A DNA stretch of 57,495 bases, taken from IMG/VR virus record IMGVR_UViG_3300032220_001739, one strand, 5' to 3'. This document shows positions 48,128 through 57,144 of the stretch, piece after piece. This DNA comes from an uncultured virus (IMG/VR IMGVR_UViG_3300032220_001739) (lineage: Duplodnaviria > Heunggongvirae > Uroviricota > Caudoviricetes). The notes below the pieces were generated by a model that ran no database searches, was not told the DNA's origin, and saw only the letters and a program-made list of their open reading frames with translations. The stretch's first letter is position 1. Each line of letters opens with the position of its first letter. The translations under genes were made by a program, and so were the position numbers.

Positions 48128-49702
48128 ATGGCTGGTTTTATAGATAACGAAAATGGTAATCCGGTATTTCAGAGGATTAGGGAATCTGTTAAGTCGATCT
48201 CTAAGTTCGGTATGAAATACGAGGACATGGTGATTAAGAACTCCATGGCTGTTGGTGCTACTGAAGCTGCTTTCATTAATCAGAACAAAACAAACGTTCC
48301 TGATGAGAATATGATGTATAGTCTTGCGAAGCAAGATACTATGGTCAAACAGTATATCTCTTATTTCGACAAGGATTATAAGGGAAAGAGGGATTATCTT
48401 AGGAAATTCTCCCTTAACCCAGAGATAGAAGGAGTTCTTGATATTGTTTGTGACGAATCCATAAACTACGACCCCTCTAATTATTACGCATATCCCGATT
48501 TTCTAGATATAACTACTCTAAAAGAAAAAACAAGAGAAAAGGTTTATGATGTTTTTAGAAAAATATATGACATCTGGGGATTTAGCGATGATATAACAGC
48601 ATGGCAATTCTTTAGACAATTCATGGTGGATGGATTCCTTGCATTTGAAATAATCTGGGACAATAGGGGGAAAGAGATAATTGGATTTAAAGAATTGGAC
48701 GCTACTTCTTTAATACCTAGCGTAGAAAAACAACCAGACGGAAGACATGTCAACGTTTGGATACAATTTCCGAATGACCCTAAAAAGACAAGAATGCTAT
48801 ATGACTCACAGATCATATACATGTCTTATGCTAAGGGAAATTCAGTTTCCAGATTAAGCTACGTTGAGAGATTAATTAGACCTTATAATACCCTAAGAAT
48901 TATAGAATACACTAGGGTAATTTGGTCAGTGATGAATGCTTCATTCAAGCTTAAAATGACCGTTCCTGTTGGATCAAGATCACCTCAGAAAGCTATGCAG
49001 ACCTTGGGTGAACTTATGAGTATCTATAAGGAGGATATTAGCTTGAGCGATGATACTGGTGAATTGCTAGTTGACGGAGCGCCTAAGATACAATTCTATA
49101 AGAATTATCTGATACCACAAGGCCAAAACGGTCAACCTACAATTGAGCCCTTGACAATGGAGGGACCAAACTTAAATGATCCTGCCCCTCTTGCATATTT
49201 CTACGATAGATTCATAGAGGAATCTAAAATACCTGCTACAAGATTTAAGGGATTAGATGGATCTTCTAGTGCAACATATTCCAACACTGCGGATGGACTG
49301 GACAAGGAAGAGGTAAGATTTAGTAAGTTCATAAGTAGATTGAGAACCAATTTTCAGGATATCATTATAAAGCCACTTTGGTTACAAATATGTAAAGACA
49401 ATCCGGAATTAGAAAAAGATCTAGTTTTTAAGAGCCAACTTGGACTTAAGTACATCAGTGAGAACCCTTTTAGGGTAAACCAGGAGATGGAATTGATCAC
49501 TAAGAGAAAAGAAAGCGTAGATTCATTGGCTGCTATAATGGAAGACGGGGATAAACCTTATTTTTCACAGACTTACTTAATTGAGAATTTTCTCGGACTT
49601 ACACCTGCAGACATTAAAGCTAACAAGATAGCAAAAGAAAAGAATGCCAAGAAGAAAGAGAAGGAAGGCGGAGAGGAAGAAGCACCAGAAGTTACTTTAT
49701 AA
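48128..49702 (+). CDS. gp20: portal protein (T4 gp20-like), paralogue 1
   Basis: PEIEGVLDIVCDESI, FRQFMVDG, SYVERLIRPYNTLRIIE, KIPATRF and EEVRFSKFISRLRTNF are gp20 motifs. Confidence 0.9.
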   Translation: MAGFIDNENGNPVFQRIRESVKSISKFGMKYEDMVIKNSMAVGATEAAFINQNKTNVPDENMMYSLAKQDTMVKQYISYFDKDYKGKRDYLRKFSLNPEIEGVLDIVCDESINYDPSNYYAYPDFLDITTLKEKTREKVYDVFRKIYDIWGFSDDITAWQFFRQFMVDGFLAFEIIWDNRGKEIIGFKELDATSLIPSVEKQPDGRHVNVWIQFPNDPKKTRMLYDSQIIYMSYAKGNSVSRLSYVERLIRPYNTLRIIEYTRVIWSVMNASFKLKMTVPVGSRSPQKAMQTLGELMSIYKEDISLSDDTGELLVDGAPKIQFYKNYLIPQGQNGQPTIEPLTMEGPNLNDPAPLAYFYDRFIEESKIPATRFKGLDGSSSATYSNTADGLDKEEVRFSKFISRLRTNFQDIIIKPLWLQICKDNPELEKDLVFKSQLGLKYISENPFRVNQEMELITKRKESVDSLAAIMEDGDKPYFSQTYLIENFLGLTPADIKANKIAKEKNAKKKEKEGGEEEAPEVTL

Positions 49703-49716
49703 ATAAAAAAATAAAA

Positions 49717-51366
49717 ATGGCAGGATTTATAGATCCCATACAACCAAATAGTGCATTCGGAACGATACTGAGAAGTCTTTCTCAGATATCTAGGTTTGGT
49801 ATGAAGTACGAGGATATGGTTGTTAGGAATTCACAGGCCATAGGTAAGACCGAATCAGAATTCTTCAACGAGCAAGGAACCGGATTTACTGAAAGCGATG
49901 CTTTCTATTGGACAGTTTCTCATTCCGATACAAAAGTAAGAAAGTACATAGCTTATTTTGATAAGGATTACATAGACAAAAGAAACTTTCTTAGGAAGTT
50001 TTCGCTAAACGGTGAGATTGAGTTTATACTCGATACGGTAACTGATGAAGCTGTGGTTTACGACGAGAAGAATTATTTTGCATATCCCGAGATCAAGAAT
50101 TTGGACGTAAGTGATAAGGTGAAAGATAAACTGATGGAGAATTTTTACCGGATCTATCATCTTTTTAATTTTCAGGAAAGTATATTAGCTTGGCAGGTAT
50201 TTAGGCAGCTCCTAATTGATGGGTTTCTAGCTTATGAGATAATCTACGATAGCAGAGGCAAGCAAGTTATTGGATTTAAAGAACTCGATGCAACATCACT
50301 TCAGCCTATGGTTGAAAAAGTTGGCGAAAATGATTTTCAGCAGGTTTGGGTTCAGTATCCAAAGAATCCCCAGATGACAAGAAAGCTTAAGAATGAGCAG
50401 GTTATCTACATATCATATGCTAAAGGTAATTCAATTTCCAGGGTAAGTTATGTTGAGAGATTAGTTAGATCCTATAACATCCTGAAAATAATGGAGAACA
50501 GTAGGATTATATGGAATGTCATGAACGCTTCATATAGATTGAAGTTTGTTATACCTATAGGTACACAGTCACCGCAAAAGGCCATGCAAACGCTAGGGCA
50601 AATAATGTCTTATCATAAAGAGGAGATATCTATAAACGACAATTCAGGGGAATTGACTGTTAACGGAAGACCAAAAATTCAGTTCTATAAAAACTATCTT
50701 TTCCCTGAGAAGGATGGTGTTTCTCCTACCATAGAAACACTAAATGCAGCTGGACCTGATTTTAATATCATGGACAACGTGCTTTACTTCTTCAATAAAC
50801 TAAAGCAAGATTCTAAAATACCGTATGCGAGATTTGCTTATAGAGGTGGAACACCTGCAAACAACCAAATTAGCATTGATTCTTTAGAAAGAGATGAGAT
50901 AAGGTTCGAGAAGTTTCTTTCCAGATTGAGATCGATTTATCAGGAAATCATAGTTAAGCCTCTTTATATACAAATGTGTCTTGATTATCCTGAGCTTGTA
51001 AAAGATAGAAGCTTTAAAACTAATCTTGGAATTAATTTCGTAAGGGAAAGCGAATTCAACGATCTGGTTGAACTTGCTAATCTAGTTAAAAGAGGGGATT
51101 TTATAAAATCTCTTGCTGACATGAAAGTTAAAGTTGGTGAAGAAGAGCAGCCTTATTTTGATAAAGATTTCCTTGTTCAGAGATTTTTAGGTCTAACACC
51201 GGAGCAGATAGAGGGCAATGCTTCATACAAAGAGCTTGAAGCTAAATCTGCTAAAAAGGAAAGCTCTACTAGCGGAGCTGAGGGCGAGGCAGCTCCAGCG
51301 GAAGAAGAAGCGGCAGCTCCAGCGGAAGAAGAAGCGGCAGCACCCGCTGAGGAAAAGACTGCATAG
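49717..51366 (+). CDS. gp20: portal protein (T4 gp20-like), paralogue 2
   Basis: EIEFILDTVTDEAVV, FRQLLIDG, SYVERLVRSYNILKIME, KIPYARF and RDEIRFEKFLSRLR. Confidence 0.9.
   Translation: MAGFIDPIQPNSAFGTILRSLSQISRFGMKYEDMVVRNSQAIGKTESEFFNEQGTGFTESDAFYWTVSHSDTKVRKYIAYFDKDYIDKRNFLRKFSLNGEIEFILDTVTDEAVVYDEKNYFAYPEIKNLDVSDKVKDKLMENFYRIYHLFNFQESILAWQVFRQLLIDGFLAYEIIYDSRGKQVIGFKELDATSLQPMVEKVGENDFQQVWVQYPKNPQMTRKLKNEQVIYISYAKGNSISRVSYVERLVRSYNILKIMENSRIIWNVMNASYRLKFVIPIGTQSPQKAMQTLGQIMSYHKEEISINDNSGELTVNGRPKIQFYKNYLFPEKDGVSPTIETLNAAGPDFNIMDNVLYFFNKLKQDSKIPYARFAYRGGTPANNQISIDSLERDEIRFEKFLSRLRSIYQEIIVKPLYIQMCLDYPELVKDRSFKTNLGINFVRESEFNDLVELANLVKRGDFIKSLADMKVKVGEEEQPYFDKDFLVQRFLGLTPEQIEGNASYKELEAKSAKKESSTSGAEGEAAPAEEEAAAPAEEEAAAPAEEKTA
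51289..51336 (+). repeat. 24-bp perfect tandem repeat x2 (AAPAEEEA) plus a degenerate third copy in the portal-2 tail
   Basis: gcagctccagcggaagaagaagcg occurs twice, followed by gcagcacccgctgaggaa. Confidence 0.9.
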
Positions 51367-51411
51367 TCCAGCCTAACACTCTAATACGTAATTATATTTA
51401 TCATTCTCCAT

Positions 51412-51439
51412 AAACCGTCGGAATACCTACGGTTTTTTT
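51412..51439 (+). terminator. intrinsic terminator after the portal genes
   Basis: AAACCGTcGG-aata-CCtACGGTTT hairpin (one mismatch) plus a T tract. Confidence 0.7.
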
Positions 51440-51442
51440 ATT

Positions 51443-51450
51443 TATATTTG
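51443..51450 (+). promoter_or_regulatory. Bacteroidota-type -7 promoter element (TAnnTTTG)
   Basis: TATATTTG between the terminator and the ligase start. Confidence 0.45.
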
Positions 51451-51473
51451 TATTATAACTAAATAGAAGTAAA

Positions 51474-52796
51474 ATGATTAAAGAACTAAGAATCTTAAAG
51501 GAATTAGAGGAACTTACTGGAGAGGGATCACAGAAGAAAAAGCAGGAAATAATCAAACAAAATTGGACCTCTGAATTAGCTTACGTTTTTGACGTGTGCT
51601 TCAATCCATTTGTTACTACCAAGCTACATAAGCTTAATTTTTCAGAGGATCCGAGCGATTCTTTTGGACTGGATAACTTCAAAGAGCTCGTTGAAAAATT
51701 AAAATCAGCTCCTGCAGCTAATAATTCTATAAGGTTAGAAGCTAATCAGATGGTAAACACCAGAATTACCGATGATAGTGACGACGCTGACCTTAGAAAG
51801 ATTCTAATGAAGGTGCTAACCAAGAGAATGAACGTTGGGGTTGGTGCGAAGCTGATCAACAAGGCTATTGGTAGAGAGGTGATACCTGATCCATCCGTTA
51901 TGTTAGCAACCGACGACCAAGATTCGCTTCTAAACTGGGATAAGATCTATTGTGAGGAAAAGTATGATGGCGTAAGAGTAATAGCTATTTATAAGGAAGG
52001 TGGATTTAGTTACTTTACCAGAGCTTTTAATGAACTTGATGCAGATAAGCTGCACAAGATTACATTTTCTCTTAAACAGATAATGAACTTTTCAGGATTG
52101 AAAGGCTCTTGGTTCTTTGATGGTGAATTAACAGATCACAATAGGAAATCAGTAAGTGGCAAGGTTACGCAGATACTGAAGGGGACTGCCCCTGACAATA
52201 TTGGGGATAGTATTATATTTAATGTATTTGATCTTGAAGAATATGATACATTAAGAGCCGGTGTAGGTATCATACCTTACTCAGTAAGAAGACAGACGCT
52301 AGAATCTGTTATGAAAAATGTCGAAGAGAACGAGCCGGTAAAATTAGCTACAATGTGGGAACTTGAAGATCCCTCCCAGATTGCTTCAATCTATCAAAAA
52401 ATAGTAGATGCAGGAGGAGAGGGAGTTATCTGTAAAAAAGATAGCGTTTATCAATGTTCTCGATCAAAGAATTGGATAAAATTCAAAGAGGTTAATGATT
52501 GTGATCTAGAAATAATCGGATGGTATCCTGGAGAGGGGAAGAGGGAGGGATATATCGGAGGATTTATGTGTTCTTCCTCTTGTAGAAAACTTAATGTGAA
52601 CGTTGGCTCCGGATTTACTGATGCCTTTATAAAGTCAATACGCGGAAATGAGGATAGCTACATCGGTAAAATACTAAAAGTTGAATATAATGTTAGAATA
52701 ACGGATAAAAATGACTCGGAAAGTTTATTTCTCCCCCGTATGAAGGAAGTTAGACCTGATAAATTTATTGCTAATTCCATTAACGAAATTAGGTAA
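51474..52796 (+). CDS. lig: ATP-dependent DNA ligase
   Basis: Motif I EEKYDGVR, FDGEL, VFDL, EGVICK, WIKFK, VGSGF and LFLPR...RPDK. Confidence 0.95.
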   Translation: MIKELRILKELEELTGEGSQKKKQEIIKQNWTSELAYVFDVCFNPFVTTKLHKLNFSEDPSDSFGLDNFKELVEKLKSAPAANNSIRLEANQMVNTRITDDSDDADLRKILMKVLTKRMNVGVGAKLINKAIGREVIPDPSVMLATDDQDSLLNWDKIYCEEKYDGVRVIAIYKEGGFSYFTRAFNELDADKLHKITFSLKQIMNFSGLKGSWFFDGELTDHNRKSVSGKVTQILKGTAPDNIGDSIIFNVFDLEEYDTLRAGVGIIPYSVRRQTLESVMKNVEENEPVKLATMWELEDPSQIASIYQKIVDAGGEGVICKKDSVYQCSRSKNWIKFKEVNDCDLEIIGWYPGEGKREGYIGGFMCSSSCRKLNVNVGSGFTDAFIKSIRGNEDSYIGKILKVEYNVRITDKNDSESLFLPRMKEVRPDKFIANSINEIR

Positions 52797-52857
52797 TTTG
52801 AATTCTGACCAGATATTAGACCTTTTTATTGATATATAATTTAAAAATATATTAAAA

Positions 52858-53742
52858 ATGGTTGTATACAGAGTAACAAATCTAATAAACGGAAAAATTT
52901 ACATCGGAAAAGATTCTAGGAACGATCCAAATTATTATGGCTCTGGTATTCTTATAAAAAAATCAATTATAAAATATGGGATTTCCAATTTTATTAAAGA
53001 AATTCTTGGTGTGTACACTTCGGAAGATGAGCTTAACGAGGGGGAAATATACTGGATTAAAGAGCTAGATTCTAGAAATCCTATGATAGGGTATAATATT
53101 TCAGAAGGCGGTGAAGGATTTAATTTAAAAAATCTGCCAAATTACGATGAAATTAAAGAGAAAATGGATAAATCTCCCCATCTTAGAAAAAGCTATATTG
53201 AAAAGTATGGGCAGGAAAGGTCTAAAGAGATAATTAAAAAAAAATCGGAAACTTATAAAAGGAATTCAAAAACATCTGGGGATCTTAACTCTTCTAAAAG
53301 ACTAGAAGTTAGAGAAAAAATATCAAGAGGTGTTAAAAAATATATTGAAGAAAATCCTAACGTAATTGAGGAATTTAAGAACAGACAGAAAAAAATTATT
53401 GATAATAGAAGGGGAAAAAATTTTGCAGAGATATTCGGAGAACGTATGGCAGAGAGAATAAGAATAAAAATTTCGGAAAGTAAAATGGGTGATTCCAATC
53501 CATCTAAAAGGAGTGACGTAAGGGAAAAAATAAAGGAGGGTGTCAGAAGACATATAGAAAATATGTCATTGATTCCTGCGTGGTCTTTTTTAGAAATTGA
53601 ATCAGGTAAGAAACATATCATAGGGAGGGGTAAATTAAAGGAATTTTGCGAATCACACGGATTGTCACTCAGTAAAATAAAGTACAGGCTATCGAAATCG
53701 TCTTTCTTTACTTTTTCTGGCTGGATGATAGAAAAATTATAA
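52858..53742 (+). CDS. free-standing GIY-YIG homing endonuclease (Seg-like) with NUMOD-type repeats
   Basis: VYRVTNLINGKIYIGK...YYGSG...KYG..NF.KEIL...E..WI...GYNISEGGEG, plus repeated GD.N.SKR..VREKI. Visibly more A-rich than its neighbours. Confidence 0.9.
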   Translation: MVVYRVTNLINGKIYIGKDSRNDPNYYGSGILIKKSIIKYGISNFIKEILGVYTSEDELNEGEIYWIKELDSRNPMIGYNISEGGEGFNLKNLPNYDEIKEKMDKSPHLRKSYIEKYGQERSKEIIKKKSETYKRNSKTSGDLNSSKRLEVREKISRGVKKYIEENPNVIEEFKNRQKKIIDNRRGKNFAEIFGERMAERIRIKISESKMGDSNPSKRSDVREKIKEGVRRHIENMSLIPAWSFLEIESGKKHIIGRGKLKEFCESHGLSLSKIKYRLSKSSFFTFSGWMIEKL

Positions 53743-53775
53743 GAAACAACTAATAAAACTAAGTCTAAAATAAGT

Positions 53776-54726
53776 ATGATGCAGGAATTATTAACAGAGA
53801 AATTAAGGCCCAAGGAAATTAGGCATATGATATTGCCTCAGAGAATAAGAAAGATCTTTGAGACCAACGGGCTCAATCATAATGTTCTTTTATCGGGTAG
53901 CCCCGGTAGCGGTAAGACCACGCTTGCTAAAATATTAGCAGCACCATACCCGCACCTTTTTATAAACGTTTCGGATGAGAGTTCTGTTGAGACAATACGG
54001 ACTAAAATTAATGATTTTTGTTCAACCATGTCGATTATGGACGGTGCTTCTTCAAAGAAAGTGGTTGTACTGGATGAGTTCGACGGTGCATCCGATCAGT
54101 TCTATAAGGCTTTAAGGGGAACTGTAGAGAAGTTTGCAGTGAATACCAGATTCATTGCTACTTGTAACTGGATAAATAAGGTTCCTGATGCCATACAGAG
54201 CAGATTCGAAGTGATTGACTTCGATCCTGTTTCTCCGGAGGAGGAAACCGAAGTAAAATCAGAATGGAAAAAGAGAATAAATCTTATCCTGAATAAGGTC
54301 TCTATTGAAATAGACGAAGAATCTCTCCTGGAATTTGAGAGAAATTTCTATCCTGATTTGAGATCCTCCCTTAACAAGATCCAAACCTGGATGCTAGAGG
54401 GAACTACTAAGGTTGATCTAGCAAAAGTTAGGGAGATAGGATGGAGTTACGAGTCACTCTACAATTTACTTTTTTCTCCACCAGACCCAATTGGTAACTA
54501 TCAGAACTTAGTTGGAGAATATAACGGAAAGACCGACGACATAATGAGTGCCTTAGGTGATGAATTTATACAATGGGTTATTAAAAACAAAAAATCACAT
54601 TCTAAGATTATCCCTGGCGTGATAGTTCTAGTGGCTGAACATCAGGCACAAAGACTTCAGGTTATCGACCCGATGGTTTCTCTTCTCTCACTATTTTTCC
54701 AGATACAAAAACTTATACAGGCATGA
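53776..54726 (+). CDS. gp44: sliding clamp loader ATPase subunit (T4 gp44 / RFC-like)
   Basis: LLTEKLRP, Walker A GSPGSGKT, Walker B VVLDEFD, FIATCN, AIQSRF and PDLR. Confidence 0.92.
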   Translation: MMQELLTEKLRPKEIRHMILPQRIRKIFETNGLNHNVLLSGSPGSGKTTLAKILAAPYPHLFINVSDESSVETIRTKINDFCSTMSIMDGASSKKVVVLDEFDGASDQFYKALRGTVEKFAVNTRFIATCNWINKVPDAIQSRFEVIDFDPVSPEEETEVKSEWKKRINLILNKVSIEIDEESLLEFERNFYPDLRSSLNKIQTWMLEGTTKVDLAKVREIGWSYESLYNLLFSPPDPIGNYQNLVGEYNGKTDDIMSALGDEFIQWVIKNKKSHSKIIPGVIVLVAEHQAQRLQVIDPMVSLLSLFFQIQKLIQA

Positions 54727-55034
54727 AAGAATTAGCAGAAGTTATTAATAGAAACGGATACATCTATAAACAATTAAAGAGGACGGATAAAGCTGCGATG
54801 TATTCTCAATCTGATGCGGAAGATCTGGAAGCAGATTTCAAGGCGTTTGAGGTTTTTAAGATAAAAATAGGAAAAGCTAAGGTTGTTTTTGGAGTCGAAT
54901 TACCAGAAAAGGAAAAGTTTCCCAGTGATGAGGATTTTGGTAAATGGGCTTGGACGTATACCGATTACGAGAAAGCTATTGATAGATTCAATAAAATAGA
55001 GAACGGAATAGAAGACGATGAAGACAATGAGTAA
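54723..55034 (+). CDS. hypothetical protein
   Basis: 103 aa with an ATGA overlap on the upstream stop and an FPSDEDFGKWAW segment. Confidence 0.7.
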   Translation: MKELAEVINRNGYIYKQLKRTDKAAMYSQSDAEDLEADFKAFEVFKIKIGKAKVVFGVELPEKEKFPSDEDFGKWAWTYTDYEKAIDRFNKIENGIEDDEDNE

Positions 55035-55560
55035 AAAAAGAGTTATAATAGCAGGAAAGGGAGCTTCTGGCAAGGATCACTTGCGAAAGATGATGGTTGA
55101 GGATGGGTTTAACTACTGCGTTTCACATACAACTAGACCTATGAGATCTGATGAGGAGGAAGGCATAGACTATTATTTTGTAAAAGAGGAGGAGGCATAT
55201 AGGATGATATTGGAAGATCTTTTTCTCGAGCATACAAACTTTAATGGGTGGATCTACGGAACAAGCAAAGATGAATTTCATAAGTCAAATCTATTTATAA
55301 TGACCCCCTCTGGAATATCACAATTGTCCAAGGAGGACAGGGAAGAGTCTATAATTGTGTATGTTAACGTTCCAGAATCCATCAGAAGAGAAAGGATGAG
55401 TAAAAGAAGAGATGCTGACGATGTTGTAAGAAGAATAAAAGCGGACGAGATTGACTTTGAAAACTTTAATGATTACGATCACGTCATTGCGGATCCTTTC
55501 TTTAATAAAGTTCCTCGTGAATTATTTAGTGTATTGAAAAAAATAGAACAGAATGATTAA
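55018..55560 (+). CDS. gmk: guanylate kinase-like nucleotide kinase
   Basis: P-loop GKGASGKD, VSHTTRPMRSDEEEGIDYYF and WIYGT. The start may be the ATG at 55027. Confidence 0.85.
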   Translation: MKTMSKKRVIIAGKGASGKDHLRKMMVEDGFNYCVSHTTRPMRSDEEEGIDYYFVKEEEAYRMILEDLFLEHTNFNGWIYGTSKDEFHKSNLFIMTPSGISQLSKEDREESIIVYVNVPESIRRERMSKRRDADDVVRRIKADEIDFENFNDYDHVIADPFFNKVPRELFSVLKKIEQND

Positions 55561-56689
55561 TATTTGTGTGGATGGAAACTACATATTTCACAAAACCTTT
55601 GGGGTTTTTGCTGGTTATGGTAATGTGGATCCCGGTAAGGTTTTTTCTAAAAAATCAGACCAGACTATGTTTATTAGAAAAGTAGCGACTGACTTGTGCT
55701 CCTCATTAAACAATTTGCCTTCAGGTGGAAGACTTATTTTTACAGCCGATAGCAAAAGCTGGAGAAGAGAAATTGAGATTGAAAATGGCGGATATAAGTC
55801 AAATAGAACAAAGGATGAGAATGTCGATTGGACTATTTTCTTCGATCTTATGGATTCTTTTGGTCGCCAACTGGAGAAAATGGGATTCATTTATTCTAAA
55901 GTATCCGGAGCGGAGGGTGACGACCTTCTCTATATGTGGTCGAAGTACTTTAATAATAACGGAGAAGATTGTATAGTGGTATCTGGTGATAAAGATTTAC
56001 ATCAGCTAGCTAGATTTGAAGGATCGAATTGGACTATAACGTGGAATAGCAACAATAAAAAGAATATAGTAACTACTCCTATCGGATGGAAGTCCAATTG
56101 GTTGGAAAAAGAGGAGGAAGCTAGCATTTTTAATATGGGTTCTGTTATATCACCGGATAAGGGTAAATTAAAGACGCTGCTTTCCAAGTGCGAATTAAAT
56201 GAGGTTGATCGTGAATTTTTCGTTCTGAATAAGATGTTTGTGGGTGATAAAGGTGATGCGGTACCATCTGTTTGGGAAATCCCGCAGAATGGCAAGAAAA
56301 TGGGGTTCACGCCTAGAAAAAGCGAGTCTTTAATAGAAGCGATGAACACATCGGAGCAATGGAAGAATATACAGCCAAAAGAGCTACTAAATAGTAATGA
56401 ATTTCTTAATTGGGCTTCTGGATTTATATTGAGAGCCATGAAGGATGTAGACTCCTCAGAGAATAGAAATAAGGTTTCTGATAACATCAGAAGAAATTAC
56501 AAGCTCATGTGGCTGGATGATACAGTATTTCCTGATAAAGTTGTTTCTGATTCAGAAGCGGAGATAGAAAGAGGAATTTCACTAGAAAGAAAATCAATAA
56601 CATTAGACAGAATAAAAATACTAGAGGGTACAAATTGGATATCGCCTAATTACAGCCCATCCTCATTTGATCCTTTTGCAAATCTATAA
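55553..56689 (+). CDS. rnh: 5'-3' exonuclease / T4 RNase H-like (FEN family)
   Basis: VDGNY, SWRR, YKSNR, EGDD, SGDKD and GDKGDAVP acidic motifs. Confidence 0.9.
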   Translation: MINICVDGNYIFHKTFGVFAGYGNVDPGKVFSKKSDQTMFIRKVATDLCSSLNNLPSGGRLIFTADSKSWRREIEIENGGYKSNRTKDENVDWTIFFDLMDSFGRQLEKMGFIYSKVSGAEGDDLLYMWSKYFNNNGEDCIVVSGDKDLHQLARFEGSNWTITWNSNNKKNIVTTPIGWKSNWLEKEEEASIFNMGSVISPDKGKLKTLLSKCELNEVDREFFVLNKMFVGDKGDAVPSVWEIPQNGKKMGFTPRKSESLIEAMNTSEQWKNIQPKELLNSNEFLNWASGFILRAMKDVDSSENRNKVSDNIRRNYKLMWLDDTVFPDKVVSDSEAEIERGISLERKSITLDRIKILEGTNWISPNYSPSSFDPFANL

Positions 56690-56691
56690 AG

Positions 56692-57120
56692 ATGGAACTT
56701 TTTGACGTAGTAAAGAAAATATTCGAAAAAAAAGAGTCAAAGTGGGCTGATGTAGCTAAGGTAGACAAGAACAGGAATTTTTTCATGCTTAATAGAATAA
56801 TGTCCATTCAATTCCCGGTTCAGGCTAATCAGTTCAATAAATTAAAGATAACACCACATAATGTTATAGATTGGTGGCACGATACACTGAGTCCTAGATT
56901 CACCTCCCCTCCTAAATGGATCTATACAAAGACTAAAAAATCTTCCGAGAAAAAAGATAGCTCTAAAAAGGATCACAATTTTGAGGAGGCTGAGAAGTTC
57001 ATAAGAGAAAAATTCGAGGTTTCTAAAAGGGATCTTGACCAGATTAAGAAGTTCTATCCGGATAGATATAATGCTTGGCTATCCTCCGTATCGGATCAAT
57101 TGGGTGTCAAAAGTAAGTAA
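56692..57120 (+). CDS. possible clamp loader small subunit (T4 gp62-like)
   Basis: MELFDVVKKI...FFMLNRIMS...ANQFN resembles the gp62 pattern F..NR.LS...AN.MN, and the size is similar. Confidence 0.45.
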   Translation: MELFDVVKKIFEKKESKWADVAKVDKNRNFFMLNRIMSIQFPVQANQFNKLKITPHNVIDWWHDTLSPRFTSPPKWIYTKTKKSSEKKDSSKKDHNFEEAEKFIREKFEVSKRDLDQIKKFYPDRYNAWLSSVSDQLGVKSK

Positions 57121-57144
57121 ATATATAGAGGATACACTATAATT

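Noticed and set aside
48128..51366. Assembly artefact explaining the duplicated portal
   Set aside because: The two copies differ throughout at protein and DNA level and have different C-terminal tails.
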